Shown here piece by piece: positions 29,730-39,070 of a DNA stretch of 64,000 nucleotides. The stretch's first letter is position 1. Each line of letters opens with the position of its first letter. Made by a program: the position numbers and the translations under genes. The notes under the pieces are model-generated. The model was given only the letters and a program-made list of their open reading frames with translations. It had not been told where the DNA came from and did no database searches. Source of the DNA: Candidatus Fimenecus sp. (lineage in GTDB: Bacteria; Bacillota; Clostridia; Oscillospirales; Acutalibacteraceae); the NCBI GenBank assembly GCA_045594885.1, contig JAZNZJ010000026.1, positions 3,754-67,753 on the forward strand, read 5' to 3'.

Positions 29730-30944
29730 TTAATTTATTTTATATCGTCTGCCGCTCAATTGAACAATCAGACCGTAAATTTCTAATTCAGTAAGTGCAG
29801 AAAGAGCCTTTTCTGCAGACAAATCACACGCATTTATGATTTCATCAACGTGAACGGGTTCGGCATTTATAAATGCATAAACCTTACGTGCGTTTTCAGT
29901 GAGATATTCAGGTGCGTCTTTTTTAACTGCAACCGTTTCACTCTTTATTACTTTTGTGCTTTCCTGCGGTGTTGATTTTTCTTCATTATAATCCGCACTG
30001 TTAAGATAGCCTTGGGCACGTCTTATAATTTCATCATCGGGAAAACGATTTTCAATATTCAGTTTATCAAAAAACCTATAACAATATTCCTCTAAAACAT
30101 CATTGGGCGAGAACACTGCCTTCGCACCATTACGAATAAGGTTATTTGTTCCCAAAAATGAAGAACTAACCAAATCGCCGGGCACTGCAAAAACATCTCT
30201 ACCCTGTTCAGAAGCAAGACGGGCAGTAATTAAAGAACCGCTTCTCTCACCGGCTTCAACCACCACCGTGCCGAGAGTCATTCCCGAAATAATTCTGTTT
30301 CTTAAAGGAAATGTAATTCGACTTGCAGGTGTGAATGGCGGGAATTCCGTTATTACTGCACCATTCTCGGTTATTCTCTTTCTCAATGGCTCATTATCCA
30401 TAAGATATTTTGTTCCCAGACCGCAACCGAGTACACATACGGTTTTGCCATTTTCATCAAGTGCGCCCATATGAGCCGCACTATCAATGCCAAGTGCACC
30501 ACCTGAAACAACAGAAAAGCCTATACTTGACATTGCCGCCGCTAAAGCTCTTGCTACGGCTCTGCCGTAATCAGATGCTTTTCTTGCACCAACAATTGAC
30601 ACTGATAAATCACTGTTGAGCATTTTTTCATCGCCACAAACATAAAGTGCCAAGGGCAAATCTTGAAGAGTCAACAGATTTTTAGGATAATTCTTGTTTG
30701 ATGGTGTAATTATTTTCCAACCATTTTCTTTTGAAACTCTTAAAATCTCCTCCGCTTTTTCGATGGGGAAGCTTTTAAGCTTTTCAACCTGTTTTTTGGT
30801 CAGAATATTGAGTGAAAAAATCTCATTGAAATTTGTGCCGTATATCTCGTAAGGATTCCACTCAAAATATGTTACAAGGTCAAGACAGTTAGCCCCCGCA
30901 CCCAAGGCACAAGAGAGCCATACCCAATACAAATCGTAATTCAT
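29730..30944 (-). CDS. dprA: DNA processing protein DprA (Smf)
   Basis: Rossmann-like GGALGID motif and a C-terminal winged-helix region. ATG at 30944 forms an ATGA overlap with the upstream stop. Confidence 0.9.
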   Translation of the reverse strand: MNYDLYWVWLSCALGAGANCLDLVTYFEWNPYEIYGTNFNEIFSLNILTKKQVEKLKSFPIEKAEEILRVSKENGWKIITPSNKNYPKNLLTLQDLPLALYVCGDEKMLNSDLSVSIVGARKASDYGRAVARALAAAMSSIGFSVVSGGALGIDSAAHMGALDENGKTVCVLGCGLGTKYLMDNEPLRKRITENGAVITEFPPFTPASRITFPLRNRIISGMTLGTVVVEAGERSGSLITARLASEQGRDVFAVPGDLVSSSFLGTNNLIRNGAKAVFSPNDVLEEYCYRFFDKLNIENRFPDDEIIRRAQGYLNSADYNEEKSTPQESTKVIKSETVAVKKDAPEYLTENARKVYAFINAEPVHVDEIINACDLSAEKALSALTELEIYGLIVQLSGRRYKIN

Positions 30945-31723
30945 TTCACCAATTCCCACATAACTATTGAAGCCGCTGCCGCCGCATTTAACGATTCTGC
31001 TCGTCCCGCCATTTTAGCGGTAATGGGCTGACTGCATTTCTCAATAATTTCTTTTCTGACACCGTTTCCCTCGTTGCCGATTACACACAACGCACCCGCT
31101 GAAAAATCAACTTCAGTAATGCTTGTTGCATTTCTGTCGGGTACAGTTGCGTAAGTTTTAATTCCCATTTTTTCGCAGATTTCAATTTCTTTTTCAAGGC
31201 TTTCGCAAAGTTTCACGGGCAAACGCAAAAGTGAGCCCATTGATGCCCTTGAAGCCTTAGGATTATAAATATCGCAACCGCCGTAAATAACAATACCATC
31301 AATGCCTAAAGCCTCAGCAGTACGTGAAATTGCACCTAAATTGTCAGGGTTTTGAATTGTGTCAAGGGCAATATATCTCTTACCCTTTTCATATTCAAAA
31401 TACTTTTCGTGCATTTTTACAGTGCACACGACACCTTGTGGAGTTACCGTATCGCTTATGCTTTTAAGCACATCTGCACTGACCGTATAGAAATCTTTAC
31501 AATTTCTACGCAGCTCAGTTATTTCGTCGCAGTATTTTTCAAGGCAATTTTCGGTGCAAAAAACTGATTTTATTTCGCACCCGCTTCGTACTGCATCAAG
31601 GCACAAACGGACACCCTCAAGCACAAAAAAGCCTTGAACTTTTCTTTCTTTTGATGAAGTCAAAAGTGCCTTTACATCTTTAATTTTCGGGTTATTTTTA
31701 GCGGTAATTACAAAATCTGACAT
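30941..31723 (-). CDS. TrmH/SpoU-family RNA 2'-O-methyltransferase (RlmB-like)
   Basis: SpoU motifs NPDNLGAI, VIGNEGNG, ESLNAA. Start set at ATG 31723 because the rplT terminator hairpin covers the track start at 31765. Neither start has a clear SD. Confidence 0.78.
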   Translation of the reverse strand: MSDFVITAKNNPKIKDVKALLTSSKERKVQGFFVLEGVRLCLDAVRSGCEIKSVFCTENCLEKYCDEITELRRNCKDFYTVSADVLKSISDTVTPQGVVCTVKMHEKYFEYEKGKRYIALDTIQNPDNLGAISRTAEALGIDGIVIYGGCDIYNPKASRASMGSLLRLPVKLCESLEKEIEICEKMGIKTYATVPDRNATSITEVDFSAGALCVIGNEGNGVRKEIIEKCSQPITAKMAGRAESLNAAAAASIVMWELVK

Positions 31724-31728
31724 AATTT

Positions 31729-31775
31729 TAAAAACGGAAAAACCACGCGCGAGGAGTTTCCTCATGCGTGGTTAA
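31729..31775 (-). terminator. Intrinsic terminator after rplT
   Basis: Minus RNA aaccacgc-AUGAGGAAACUCCUCGC-gcgugguu (inner stem gagga/uccuc), followed by uuuuccguuuuu. Confidence 0.55.
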
Positions 31776-31778
31776 TAA

Positions 31779-32135
31779 TTATTTGAGAGCTTCTTTTGCT
31801 TTTTCTGTAAGAGCTGTGAATGCTTCTGCATCTGCAATAGCGATTTCTGAAAGCATCTTTCTGTTAAGGTCAATACCAGCCTTTTTAAGACCGTTGATGA
31901 ATGTTGAATAATTCATACCGTTTGCCTTACAAGCAGCTGAAATTCTTGTAATCCAGAGTTTTCTGAAATCTCTCTTCTTCTGCTTTCTACCGATGTAAGC
32001 ATAGTTACCACTCTTCATAACAGCCTGCTTAGCAGTTCTGAAAAGTTTGCTCTTTGAACCATAGTAACCCTTAGCGAGTTTTAATACTTTATTTCTTCTT
32101 TTGCGAGTCATCATCGCACCTTTAACACGTGCCAT
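31779..32135 (-). CDS. rplT: 50S ribosomal protein L20
   Basis: [26 protein letters not shown] is the canonical L20 N-terminus. Confidence 0.97.
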   Translation of the reverse strand: MARVKGAMMTRKRRNKVLKLAKGYYGSKSKLFRTAKQAVMKSGNYAYIGRKQKKRDFRKLWITRISAACKANGMNYSTFINGLKKAGIDLNRKMLSEIAIADAEAFTALTEKAKEALK

Positions 32136-32257
32136 TTCTCTTTACCTCCGATTGAATAGATACGTTTAATTTGCGTTTTTCACACTTTCGATTATTGTGA
32201 AACAACAAGGTTCTGGGGAACCCATAGAAATCTTCGATTTCGTTATGGGTCAGGTTC

Positions 32258-32455
32258 TTATTTATAAGGAATAAGACGTTTAATCTGTGCTGTATTTGTC
32301 TTATCAGCAACAGCGTTCTTGCGAAGTCCTCTTTTTCTCTTTGTGCTCTTCTTTGTTAAGATATGAGACTTGTTAGCGTGTGCTCTGATTGGTTTGCCGT
32401 TCTTTGAAAGCTTAAATCTTTTTTTAGCTCCGCTATGTGTTTTAATCTTTGGCAT
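32258..32455 (-). CDS. rpmI: 50S ribosomal protein L35
   Basis: [15 protein letters not shown] is the canonical L35 N-terminus. Confidence 0.97.
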   Translation of the reverse strand: MPKIKTHSGAKKRFKLSKNGKPIRAHANKSHILTKKSTKRKRGLRKNAVADKTNTAQIKRLIPYK

Positions 32456-32485
32456 AATAATATCCTCCTAATATAAAATCCTAAT

Positions 32486-33004
32486 TTATTTCGCCGACTT
32501 GGGAGACATAAACATAAGCATTTGTCTGCCCTCAAGTTTTGCAGGCTTATCAACTGTTCCCATTTCAGAAACTGCATCAGCAAAACGTTCCATAATTCCG
32601 TTACCAAGATGTGCGTGAGCCATTTCACGACCTCTGAAACGAATTGAAACCTTTACTTTGTTACCTGATTTGAGGAACTTGATTGCGTGATTTACCTTTG
32701 TATCAAAGTCATGGGTATCAATGTTTACAGAAAGTCTGATTTCTTTTGTTTCAATAACCTTCTGATTTTTCTTTGCTTCTTTCTCTTTCTTTGCCTTGTC
32801 AAATCGGTACTTACCGTAGTCCATAATCTTACATACGGGTGGTTGTGCGTTTGGGGCAATTTTTACAAGGTCAAGGCTACGTTTTTCAGCCTCTTTAAGA
32901 GCATCTTTAGCAGACATAATGCCAAGCTGCTCACCGCTATCAGTAATAACTCTGATTTCCTTGTCACGAATTTCTTCATTGATTTGCAATTCTTTGGTAC
33001 TGAT
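32486..33004 (-). CDS. infC: Translation initiation factor IF-3, probable non-canonical ATC start
   Basis: IF-3 N and C domains (INEEIRDKEIRVI...). SD AAAGAGGTG lies 7 nt upstream of in-frame ATC 33004-33002 (ISTKELQINEEIR). The track TTG at 32989 sits 22 nt from the SD. Confidence 0.88.
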   Translation of the reverse strand: MSTKELQINEEIRDKEIRVITDSGEQLGIMSAKDALKEAEKRSLDLVKIAPNAQPPVCKIMDYGKYRFDKAKKEKEAKKNQKVIETKEIRLSVNIDTHDFDTKVNHAIKFLKSGNKVKVSIRFRGREMAHAHLGNGIMERFADAVSEMGTVDKPAKLEGRQMLMFMSPKSAK

Positions 33005-33148
33005 AAATAAACACCTCTTTAGCGAAATTTAAAAATGCGGACAGAAATTCTGCCCGCACCATTACAAATCAAACTTAAAAGTTAAGTATTGACCAGCCAA
33101 CTTAAAGTCGGTCAGGTGAGAACAAAAATCTGTTCTGCTTTATTTTGC
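33005..33148 (-). promoter_or_regulatory. L20-leader-like transcription attenuator upstream of infC-rpmI-rplT
   Basis: ~140-nt leader with several helices (agaaca-gauuuuu-guucu; ccgacu-uuaa-guuggc). A terminator hairpin gcgggcag-aauuu-cuguccgc plus auuuuuaaauuu lies just before the infC SD. Position and architecture match the Firmicutes L20 leader. Confidence 0.5.
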
Positions 33149-33154
33149 TCTGTT

Positions 33155-33182
33155 ATTATAACACATTTTATTCGTTTGTCAA
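33155..33182 (-). promoter_or_regulatory. SigA-type promoter for the infC operon
   Basis: Minus strand reads TTGACA (33182-33177), 16-nt spacer, TATAAT (33160-33155), preceded by TGT (extended -10). Confidence 0.55.
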
Positions 33183-33234
33183 CAATAAATTTAAAAATTT
33201 AATGTAAACCGTTCAAAATGATACTAAAACTTTC

Positions 33235-35286
33235 TTATTCTTCTCTGCGTTTAATTATAATTCCTGCGCCTGTTACCCCTGCACCGATAAGGGCTATTGC
33301 GGCAACTATGGGCACAATTGATGTATTCATACTGCTTGTATCAGGGTTTTCATTCTTTACATTCTCTTTTTTCTCTTCGTCTGTTGTGTTTTCATTTTTT
33401 GATGACGTAGTTTCGTCCCCGTTTCCTACTGTTGTGCTTTCGTCCAAAGTAGGCTCTTCAACTCTTTCCGTTGTAGTTTCTTCGTCATCATCAGGTGTTC
33501 TAAACTCATCAATCAAATAGTCAAATTTTTCTGCTTGAGCATCAGTAAGAGGAGTAAAGTTGATTACCTTATCAACATAGGTATATTGGGTATTCATAAT
33601 TGAATATCTTATATTCACCGCAAACGGAGTTTCTGCACTATCAAAATCATTGTTTTTTGCTTTGATTGTGGCAGTCTTACCCTGCACGACGGACATTCCA
33701 CGGTCAAACTCAAAATCTATATCAGCACCCACTGCCTCGATTGACCAAATTTGAATATTTGATTCACCTGAAAGGTTTGTGATTTCAAGTGCAGTATCAT
33801 TTGTTGAGTGATAGCCCGTGCTTGTGTTGTCAAAACGTGCATAAAGCACTTCACCGGGATTCTGTGACAAATTGAATTGCGGATATTCCTTGCTTGAAAA
33901 TACATTTTTAATATCGCCCCACAAGAAATCGTGCACAAGATTCTTTGTGTATGGGTCATGCATAATCATACCGTGACCTTGACCACGTACATACCATGTG
34001 CTGTCAGGCATAAAGCCCGTCGACGCATCTATGTCAAAATCGGGCGAAATGTGGTAGTGTGTCGGGTTAGCACAAACCGTACCCGCTTTTGTATAACCCT
34101 CGGGGAAAGTTTCACCTAAAGGCATACAGGTTGAACCCGATGAGAGATATGTATCAATCAAAATATCCGAATTATATTTACCATTTACCGAATCATAGCC
34201 GTTACCGACAACATAGCCGATTCTCATACCGCTAACCTTGAGGTCAGAAAGCTTATTTGCAAGGTTTAAACCACCGTTTGATATATCATTGTGGTACTTT
34301 ACTGTATCCTCATAAAGAGCACCGTTGTCTTGTGCGTTAAGACCTACATACTCAAGCGCATCTTCAAAATAATTATGAGGAACGAAGTCCCAGAGTGACG
34401 GAATAAGCACAATTCCCTCAAGCAAATCAGTATTCACAAGCGCACTGTTTACAACCTCAACGAGAAATTCGTCAAGAGTAAGGAGTTGAACAAGCCATTC
34501 CCAGTCTTTTTCATATTCAAAGCCGTGCTCTATGAATTTAATAACATCTTCGAGGTTTGCATCTACATATTCACCAGTGAAAAATGAGCCTACTGCAGAT
34601 GTACCGAGAGTTGCAGGGTCACCGAACATTGCACGTCTTACATCACCCTTATGACCATAGTAATAAAGGTAACTTGTGCCGTACTGACCACCATGGCTTA
34701 AACCATAAAGGTCAACCTGTTGCGCACCTGTGATTGCCTTAACTTCTTGAATATATGCATCAAGGTCTGCCGCAGAATTCACCTGACTCTGTCGCCAGTC
34801 CTGAGTAAATCCGAAAACATTCTCTGCTCCCACTTCTGCAATTGCCATTTCAGCAACTACTGCCTCGGGAATATACTCCTCCATACCGTTTTCAATAAGG
34901 GTTGATGCACGTGTAGCCGCAGCACCGCTTGGGTATGGCACAAGATTATTCTTTGATGTGCCGTCGGGGTACATTTCAAGAGGTGCAAAATAGTCTTGCA
35001 GCACGTCAACAATTGCGTCCCCAAGTTGATTTTGATTAAGAGTAACATCAGCAAATAATCCCAAAATTTTATTGCCTATATCATCAAAATTCAAAGGCCA
35101 AGCAAGTTGAACTTCGCCGTCAACAAAAATAGGGTCACCATTTTCGTCAGCATATGCAAGACTTGGTCCTGAATAACCTTGAAGAATAACAATGGGTACT
35201 TTTTCTTCTTCCTGTGCCACAACACCAATTGACATTACAGAAAAAAGCATAAGTGCCGAAAGCATTATTGCCAATACCTTTTTCAT
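33235..35286 (-). CDS. Secreted alpha/beta-hydrolase (lipase/esterase-like) with acidic linker and C-terminal TM anchor
   Basis: Signal peptide MKKVLAIMLSALMLFSVMSIGVVAQ (ATG 35286). Nucleophile elbow GLSHGG. C-terminal D/E/T-rich linker, then IVPIVAAIALIGAGVTGAGIII-KRREE. Confidence 0.6.
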   Translation of the reverse strand: MKKVLAIMLSALMLFSVMSIGVVAQEEEKVPIVILQGYSGPSLAYADENGDPIFVDGEVQLAWPLNFDDIGNKILGLFADVTLNQNQLGDAIVDVLQDYFAPLEMYPDGTSKNNLVPYPSGAAATRASTLIENGMEEYIPEAVVAEMAIAEVGAENVFGFTQDWRQSQVNSAADLDAYIQEVKAITGAQQVDLYGLSHGGQYGTSYLYYYGHKGDVRRAMFGDPATLGTSAVGSFFTGEYVDANLEDVIKFIEHGFEYEKDWEWLVQLLTLDEFLVEVVNSALVNTDLLEGIVLIPSLWDFVPHNYFEDALEYVGLNAQDNGALYEDTVKYHNDISNGGLNLANKLSDLKVSGMRIGYVVGNGYDSVNGKYNSDILIDTYLSSGSTCMPLGETFPEGYTKAGTVCANPTHYHISPDFDIDASTGFMPDSTWYVRGQGHGMIMHDPYTKNLVHDFLWGDIKNVFSSKEYPQFNLSQNPGEVLYARFDNTSTGYHSTNDTALEITNLSGESNIQIWSIEAVGADIDFEFDRGMSVVQGKTATIKAKNNDFDSAETPFAVNIRYSIMNTQYTYVDKVINFTPLTDAQAEKFDYLIDEFRTPDDDEETTTERVEEPTLDESTTVGNGDETTSSKNENTTDEEKKENVKNENPDTSSMNTSIVPIVAAIALIGAGVTGAGIIIKRREE

Positions 35287-35349
35287 AACAATTCCCCTTT
35301 TCAAATATATAAAATATAACCACATTTATTTTACACCTCTAAAAAAGAA

Positions 35350-35387
35350 AAATCAATAAAATAGCGGTACTCAAAACGAGTACCGCT
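35350..35387 (-). terminator. Intrinsic terminator after the lipoprotein gene
   Basis: Hairpin agcggtactc-aaaac-gagtaccgct (35363-35387), followed on the minus RNA by auuuuauugauuuuu. Confidence 0.65.
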
Positions 35388-35424
35388 GTAAAAATATTCA
35401 CTTCAAATTTGTGAAAAATCACAA

Positions 35425-36648
35425 TTATTCAGCCTTATCCTCTAAATTCCAACCGAAGTTGTATGTAAGTGAAGATGTGCAGGGGAATTCAACAACAACT
35501 GTGCCATATTTTGCAAGAGCACCCGCAAATGTAACGTTTGCGGTAATAACCATATTCTTTTCGTATGTTGCATATGTCATCTGGTCATTAACTGCATTAA
35601 AGCCTGCAGAAATTTTACAAGGATTAAAAGCGATTTCAAATGAATTTACCTTGAGATAGTTTTCTGCAACCTTGAACTGCTCTAAAATTCCGTCTTTTTC
35701 ACGAACTGTAAATGCTTTTTTAACACTTGCTTCTTCGGGATTTACCGCAATATTAATTGTTCTGTAAATTTCTGACGGAACAAAAATGTATTCGCCCTCA
35801 AGCTCACCCTCTGTATATTCGGCATTGTTACCATCTTCGTCAAGGTCGTGAACATAGGTATAAGTGAGTGAGGTGTAAACAGGCGGTGTTACAATACCTG
35901 TTTTTTGGTTTGTGTCTGTATAGAGGTCTGCAAGTGTGAGCGTACTTGCAGTTTTTTCGCCAAGAGGATAAATGATATTTGTTTTATCTTGAACAAAATC
36001 TACATTTTTCATTTCCTCTTCTAACTCTACAAGGCTATAGTTCATAAGGAATGCACCTATGTTCTGTAAAGCCATATCAGAATAAAGACGGAATGCTGCA
36101 CGAAGTTCAGGCTGATTATCAAGAAGATTTCCTTCTGTATCTTTGAAGAATACTGTAACCTTGCTATAATCTACAGAACCGTCTTCGTTAGTGCCTTCGC
36201 TACCGCCGTGGTTAATCCAGAAATTCTCGTTATAATAAACATAAGCATTTTCATTTGATTTAGCATCATTGATGCTATTATTGAAATAATCAAGAATCGC
36301 CTGTTGGTTTGATGTAAAAGCAGCCATTTCTTCATCAGAAATAAGTGCAATTATATTTGCAAAATAATCTTTATCGCCGAATTTTGAAACAAGTTCATAA
36401 TAAGAAAGTTGAACTGTACGACTGTCAAGTTTTTTATTTGTGTTTTCAAAAAGAGTCGCAAGCTGGTCGCCGGGAAGCACATTTTTAAGGTCACCGTAAG
36501 TAAATGTAAAGTTTACATCTTTAAGGTCTGTTTTCACTGCAACGGCTTCAGGCTTTTCAACATCAGAAACTCCACAACCTGCAAAAGTTGACACCATCAT
36601 AACCGCAACAAGAATGATGCCCACAATTTTCATAACATTCTTTTTCAT
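35425..36648 (-). CDS. Hypothetical lipoprotein
   Basis: Signal peptide with lipobox MMVSTFAGC-G. I recognised no family motif. Confidence 0.6.
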   Translation of the reverse strand: MKKNVMKIVGIILVAVMMVSTFAGCGVSDVEKPEAVAVKTDLKDVNFTFTYGDLKNVLPGDQLATLFENTNKKLDSRTVQLSYYELVSKFGDKDYFANIIALISDEEMAAFTSNQQAILDYFNNSINDAKSNENAYVYYNENFWINHGGSEGTNEDGSVDYSKVTVFFKDTEGNLLDNQPELRAAFRLYSDMALQNIGAFLMNYSLVELEEEMKNVDFVQDKTNIIYPLGEKTASTLTLADLYTDTNQKTGIVTPPVYTSLTYTYVHDLDEDGNNAEYTEGELEGEYIFVPSEIYRTINIAVNPEEASVKKAFTVREKDGILEQFKVAENYLKVNSFEIAFNPCKISAGFNAVNDQMTYATYEKNMVITANVTFAGALAKYGTVVVEFPCTSSLTYNFGWNLEDKAE

Positions 36649-36679
36649 TTATCTTTTCCCCTTTCGGTGAATTACTGTA

Positions 36680-37948
36680 TCAATATTGGTCCTTGAGCCC
36701 TTGCTCATCAAAAAGGAACACGGTTTCAAGAACAACTTTGAGAGAATCCTCAATAGTTTTCATTTCAAGAATATCTGCCTTGTCATCACGAGTATGATAA
36801 TATCTTGCGGGAGCAGGGTCCATAGATGTAAAGGCAACTGATTTAATTCCGCCCTGTTGCATTGCAGCAGCATCGGTTGAACCCAATGGTGTAGTTGTGA
36901 AATTTACGGGAACGCCTGCATTTTCTGCACCTTTTTTCATCAATGCACAAGCCTGTTTATCAAGTGCTACGGTTGCGGTCATATCCTTTGTAACCACACC
37001 CATAAAATCATAGTCACGAAGTGTATCAAGAGCCACGAAAACAGTTTCTACACCGTCGTTTTTAAATTCATCACCGTGAGCCTCTGCAAATGCCTTTGAG
37101 CCTCGAAGACCTTCTTCCTCAGCACCTACTGACATTGCTACAACCTCTGTGTTTTCAAATCGAATTTCATTGTTTCTCAAATAAAGCAGTACAGCCATTG
37201 AAACAAATACACCTGTAAGGTCATCGTTTGCACCGTCAACAACGAGCTTCCAATTGACAAAGAACATTACAGACGCTAAAAAGGGAATTGTAACTACCTG
37301 TAAAATCAATGGAACAAGTTGAAGTTGACTACTGTCAACATAAAAGCCAAATACGGAAAGCACAAGAGTTATAAGAAGACTCAACACTGCACCTACAACA
37401 ACCGTTGTAACAAGCTTTGGCCCACCCAAATAAGTGTATCGCCATTCATAAGCAGTATCCATATGGCCGCCTATGATAATTCTTCTCTTTGTTTCACCAC
37501 TTGCTTTTCTTGTACATATTACATTGCTTGATTCAGCCTTTTTAAAGAATGGGTCAAGCACTTTTTTGTATAAAAGAAATTCACCAACAAGGAATACAAC
37601 AGCAACGAGTGTAAGTACTAAAGAAATTATATGAAAAATACCTGCAGCTACGGGGATTGCACCTGTATATGCCACAATTCCTAGAATTGCCGCAACCAGT
37701 GCCAACACACCGTCAATTGTTACCCAACTCATAAAAGCCTTGGGACTTAATGTGAATTTTTCTCTCTTGACTTCATCGGCAATAGGTGTCATCAATTTTT
37801 CAATATAATCTTGACCCTTTTCTTCACCCTCAAAGCCTGCGGCTCTTGGCCCTATTTCTTTACATACTTTTTTTATCTCTCTAACTGCAAAATTAGAGCA
37901 TTCACGTACTTTTGAAGCATAATGTGTATGACTCTCATAAGCTTTCAT
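36680..37948 (-). CDS. Membrane-embedded M28-family zinc peptidase (aminopeptidase-like)
   Basis: GGHMDT metal-ligand motif, EEEGLRGS, several TM segments. ATG at 37948 follows SD GGAGGT by 6 nt. Confidence 0.7.
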   Translation of the reverse strand: MKAYESHTHYASKVRECSNFAVREIKKVCKEIGPRAAGFEGEEKGQDYIEKLMTPIADEVKREKFTLSPKAFMSWVTIDGVLALVAAILGIVAYTGAIPVAAGIFHIISLVLTLVAVVFLVGEFLLYKKVLDPFFKKAESSNVICTRKASGETKRRIIIGGHMDTAYEWRYTYLGGPKLVTTVVVGAVLSLLITLVLSVFGFYVDSSQLQLVPLILQVVTIPFLASVMFFVNWKLVVDGANDDLTGVFVSMAVLLYLRNNEIRFENTEVVAMSVGAEEEGLRGSKAFAEAHGDEFKNDGVETVFVALDTLRDYDFMGVVTKDMTATVALDKQACALMKKGAENAGVPVNFTTTPLGSTDAAAMQQGGIKSVAFTSMDPAPARYYHTRDDKADILEMKTIEDSLKVVLETVFLFDEQGLKDQY

Positions 37949-38115
37949 ACTGTGACCTCCACAAGTGGCATAAAATACCACACTATATTCTTTAACATTG
38001 TACCATACTTTTTTTATTTAGTCACTACAAATTTTAAAAATTTTAGAAATATTGACATCGTGACAAAAAAATAATAAACTATATTACATAATAATATAGT
38101 TTAAGGATTTTATAT

Positions 38116-38976
38116 ATGAAAAAATTGCAGTTAAAAATTAAAATGTTTTTATTAGCATTGCTTATTCTTACTCTCAGCGTTCTTATTGTTCTCTACGTGG
38201 CTTTTTGTCGTGATGGCAATTACAACTCGGTTGAAATTACACAACGTACAGAAACCACCACACAAGCACCTGAAGCAACGACGGACGATGTTTCTGCACC
38301 TGAAGAAGATTTAACCGTAACCGAGGCAGAAAGCACCACTATACCTGAAGAAAGCACAACTCAACCTCTAGTTATATGGCAGAGCTATAAACCCGCAGAA
38401 AATCTTGCAACTGAAAATTGGGCTCTTACTTTAATCAATAAAGATTTTCCCCTTGATAAAACATACTCGCCCACACTTGCCCCTGTGATTGAAGGAAGTT
38501 CAATTACTGCCGACACCCGTGTTGCAGAAGAATTCAAAAAAATGTATGCGGACGCACAAACCGCAGGCTTTGTTCTCACACCATATTCAGGATATTGCAG
38601 TTATCAAAGACAGCAAACAAACTACAATAACAAGGTTCAAGCCTTTATTCTTCAAGGTATGGCCGAGGATGAAGCAAAACAGAATGCAGAAAAAAGAATT
38701 GAACCTGCAGGTTGTAGCGAAAACGGTGCGGGACTCAGTATTGACATAATAAGTGCAAGTGCAGGTTTTGCGTCAACAAAAGAATATGAGTGGCTTACAC
38801 AAAATGCTCATAATTATGGTTTTATTCTTCGATACCCCAGTGATAAGACCGAAATAACGGGAATGATTTATCAGCCATGGCACTGGCGTTATGTGGGCGT
38901 TGAAGCCGCAACTGAAATGAAATCAGGCAATTTATGTTTAGAAGAATATCTTAAAGTTACTAAAACTGAAAATTAA
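38116..38976 (+). CDS. D-alanyl-D-alanine carboxypeptidase, VanY/M15B family
   Basis: N-terminal TM segment, SGYCSYQRQ, SENGAGLSIDI, YGFILRYP...QPWHWRYVG motifs. Confidence 0.8.
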   Translation: MKKLQLKIKMFLLALLILTLSVLIVLYVAFCRDGNYNSVEITQRTETTTQAPEATTDDVSAPEEDLTVTEAESTTIPEESTTQPLVIWQSYKPAENLATENWALTLINKDFPLDKTYSPTLAPVIEGSSITADTRVAEEFKKMYADAQTAGFVLTPYSGYCSYQRQQTNYNNKVQAFILQGMAEDEAKQNAEKRIEPAGCSENGAGLSIDIISASAGFASTKEYEWLTQNAHNYGFILRYPSDKTEITGMIYQPWHWRYVGVEAATEMKSGNLCLEEYLKVTKTEN

Positions 38977-38990
38977 TTATCAAATATTTA

Positions 38991-39019
38991 ATGCGGAGTT
39001 AATAGCTCCGCATTTTTTG
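38991..39019 (+). terminator. Intrinsic terminator after the vanY-like gene
   Basis: atgcggag-ttaatag-ctccgcat followed by tttttgc. Confidence 0.7.
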
Positions 39020-39020
39020 C

Positions 39021-39050
39021 ATTTAAAAAGCCACTCACGAGGAGTGGCTT
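39021..39050 (-). terminator. Intrinsic terminator closing the 39.07-52.65 kb operon
   Basis: 9-bp stem aagccactc-acgag-gagtggctt, followed on the minus RNA by uuuuaaau. Confidence 0.65.
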
Positions 39051-39070
39051 TAATTATTTAAAATATTAGA

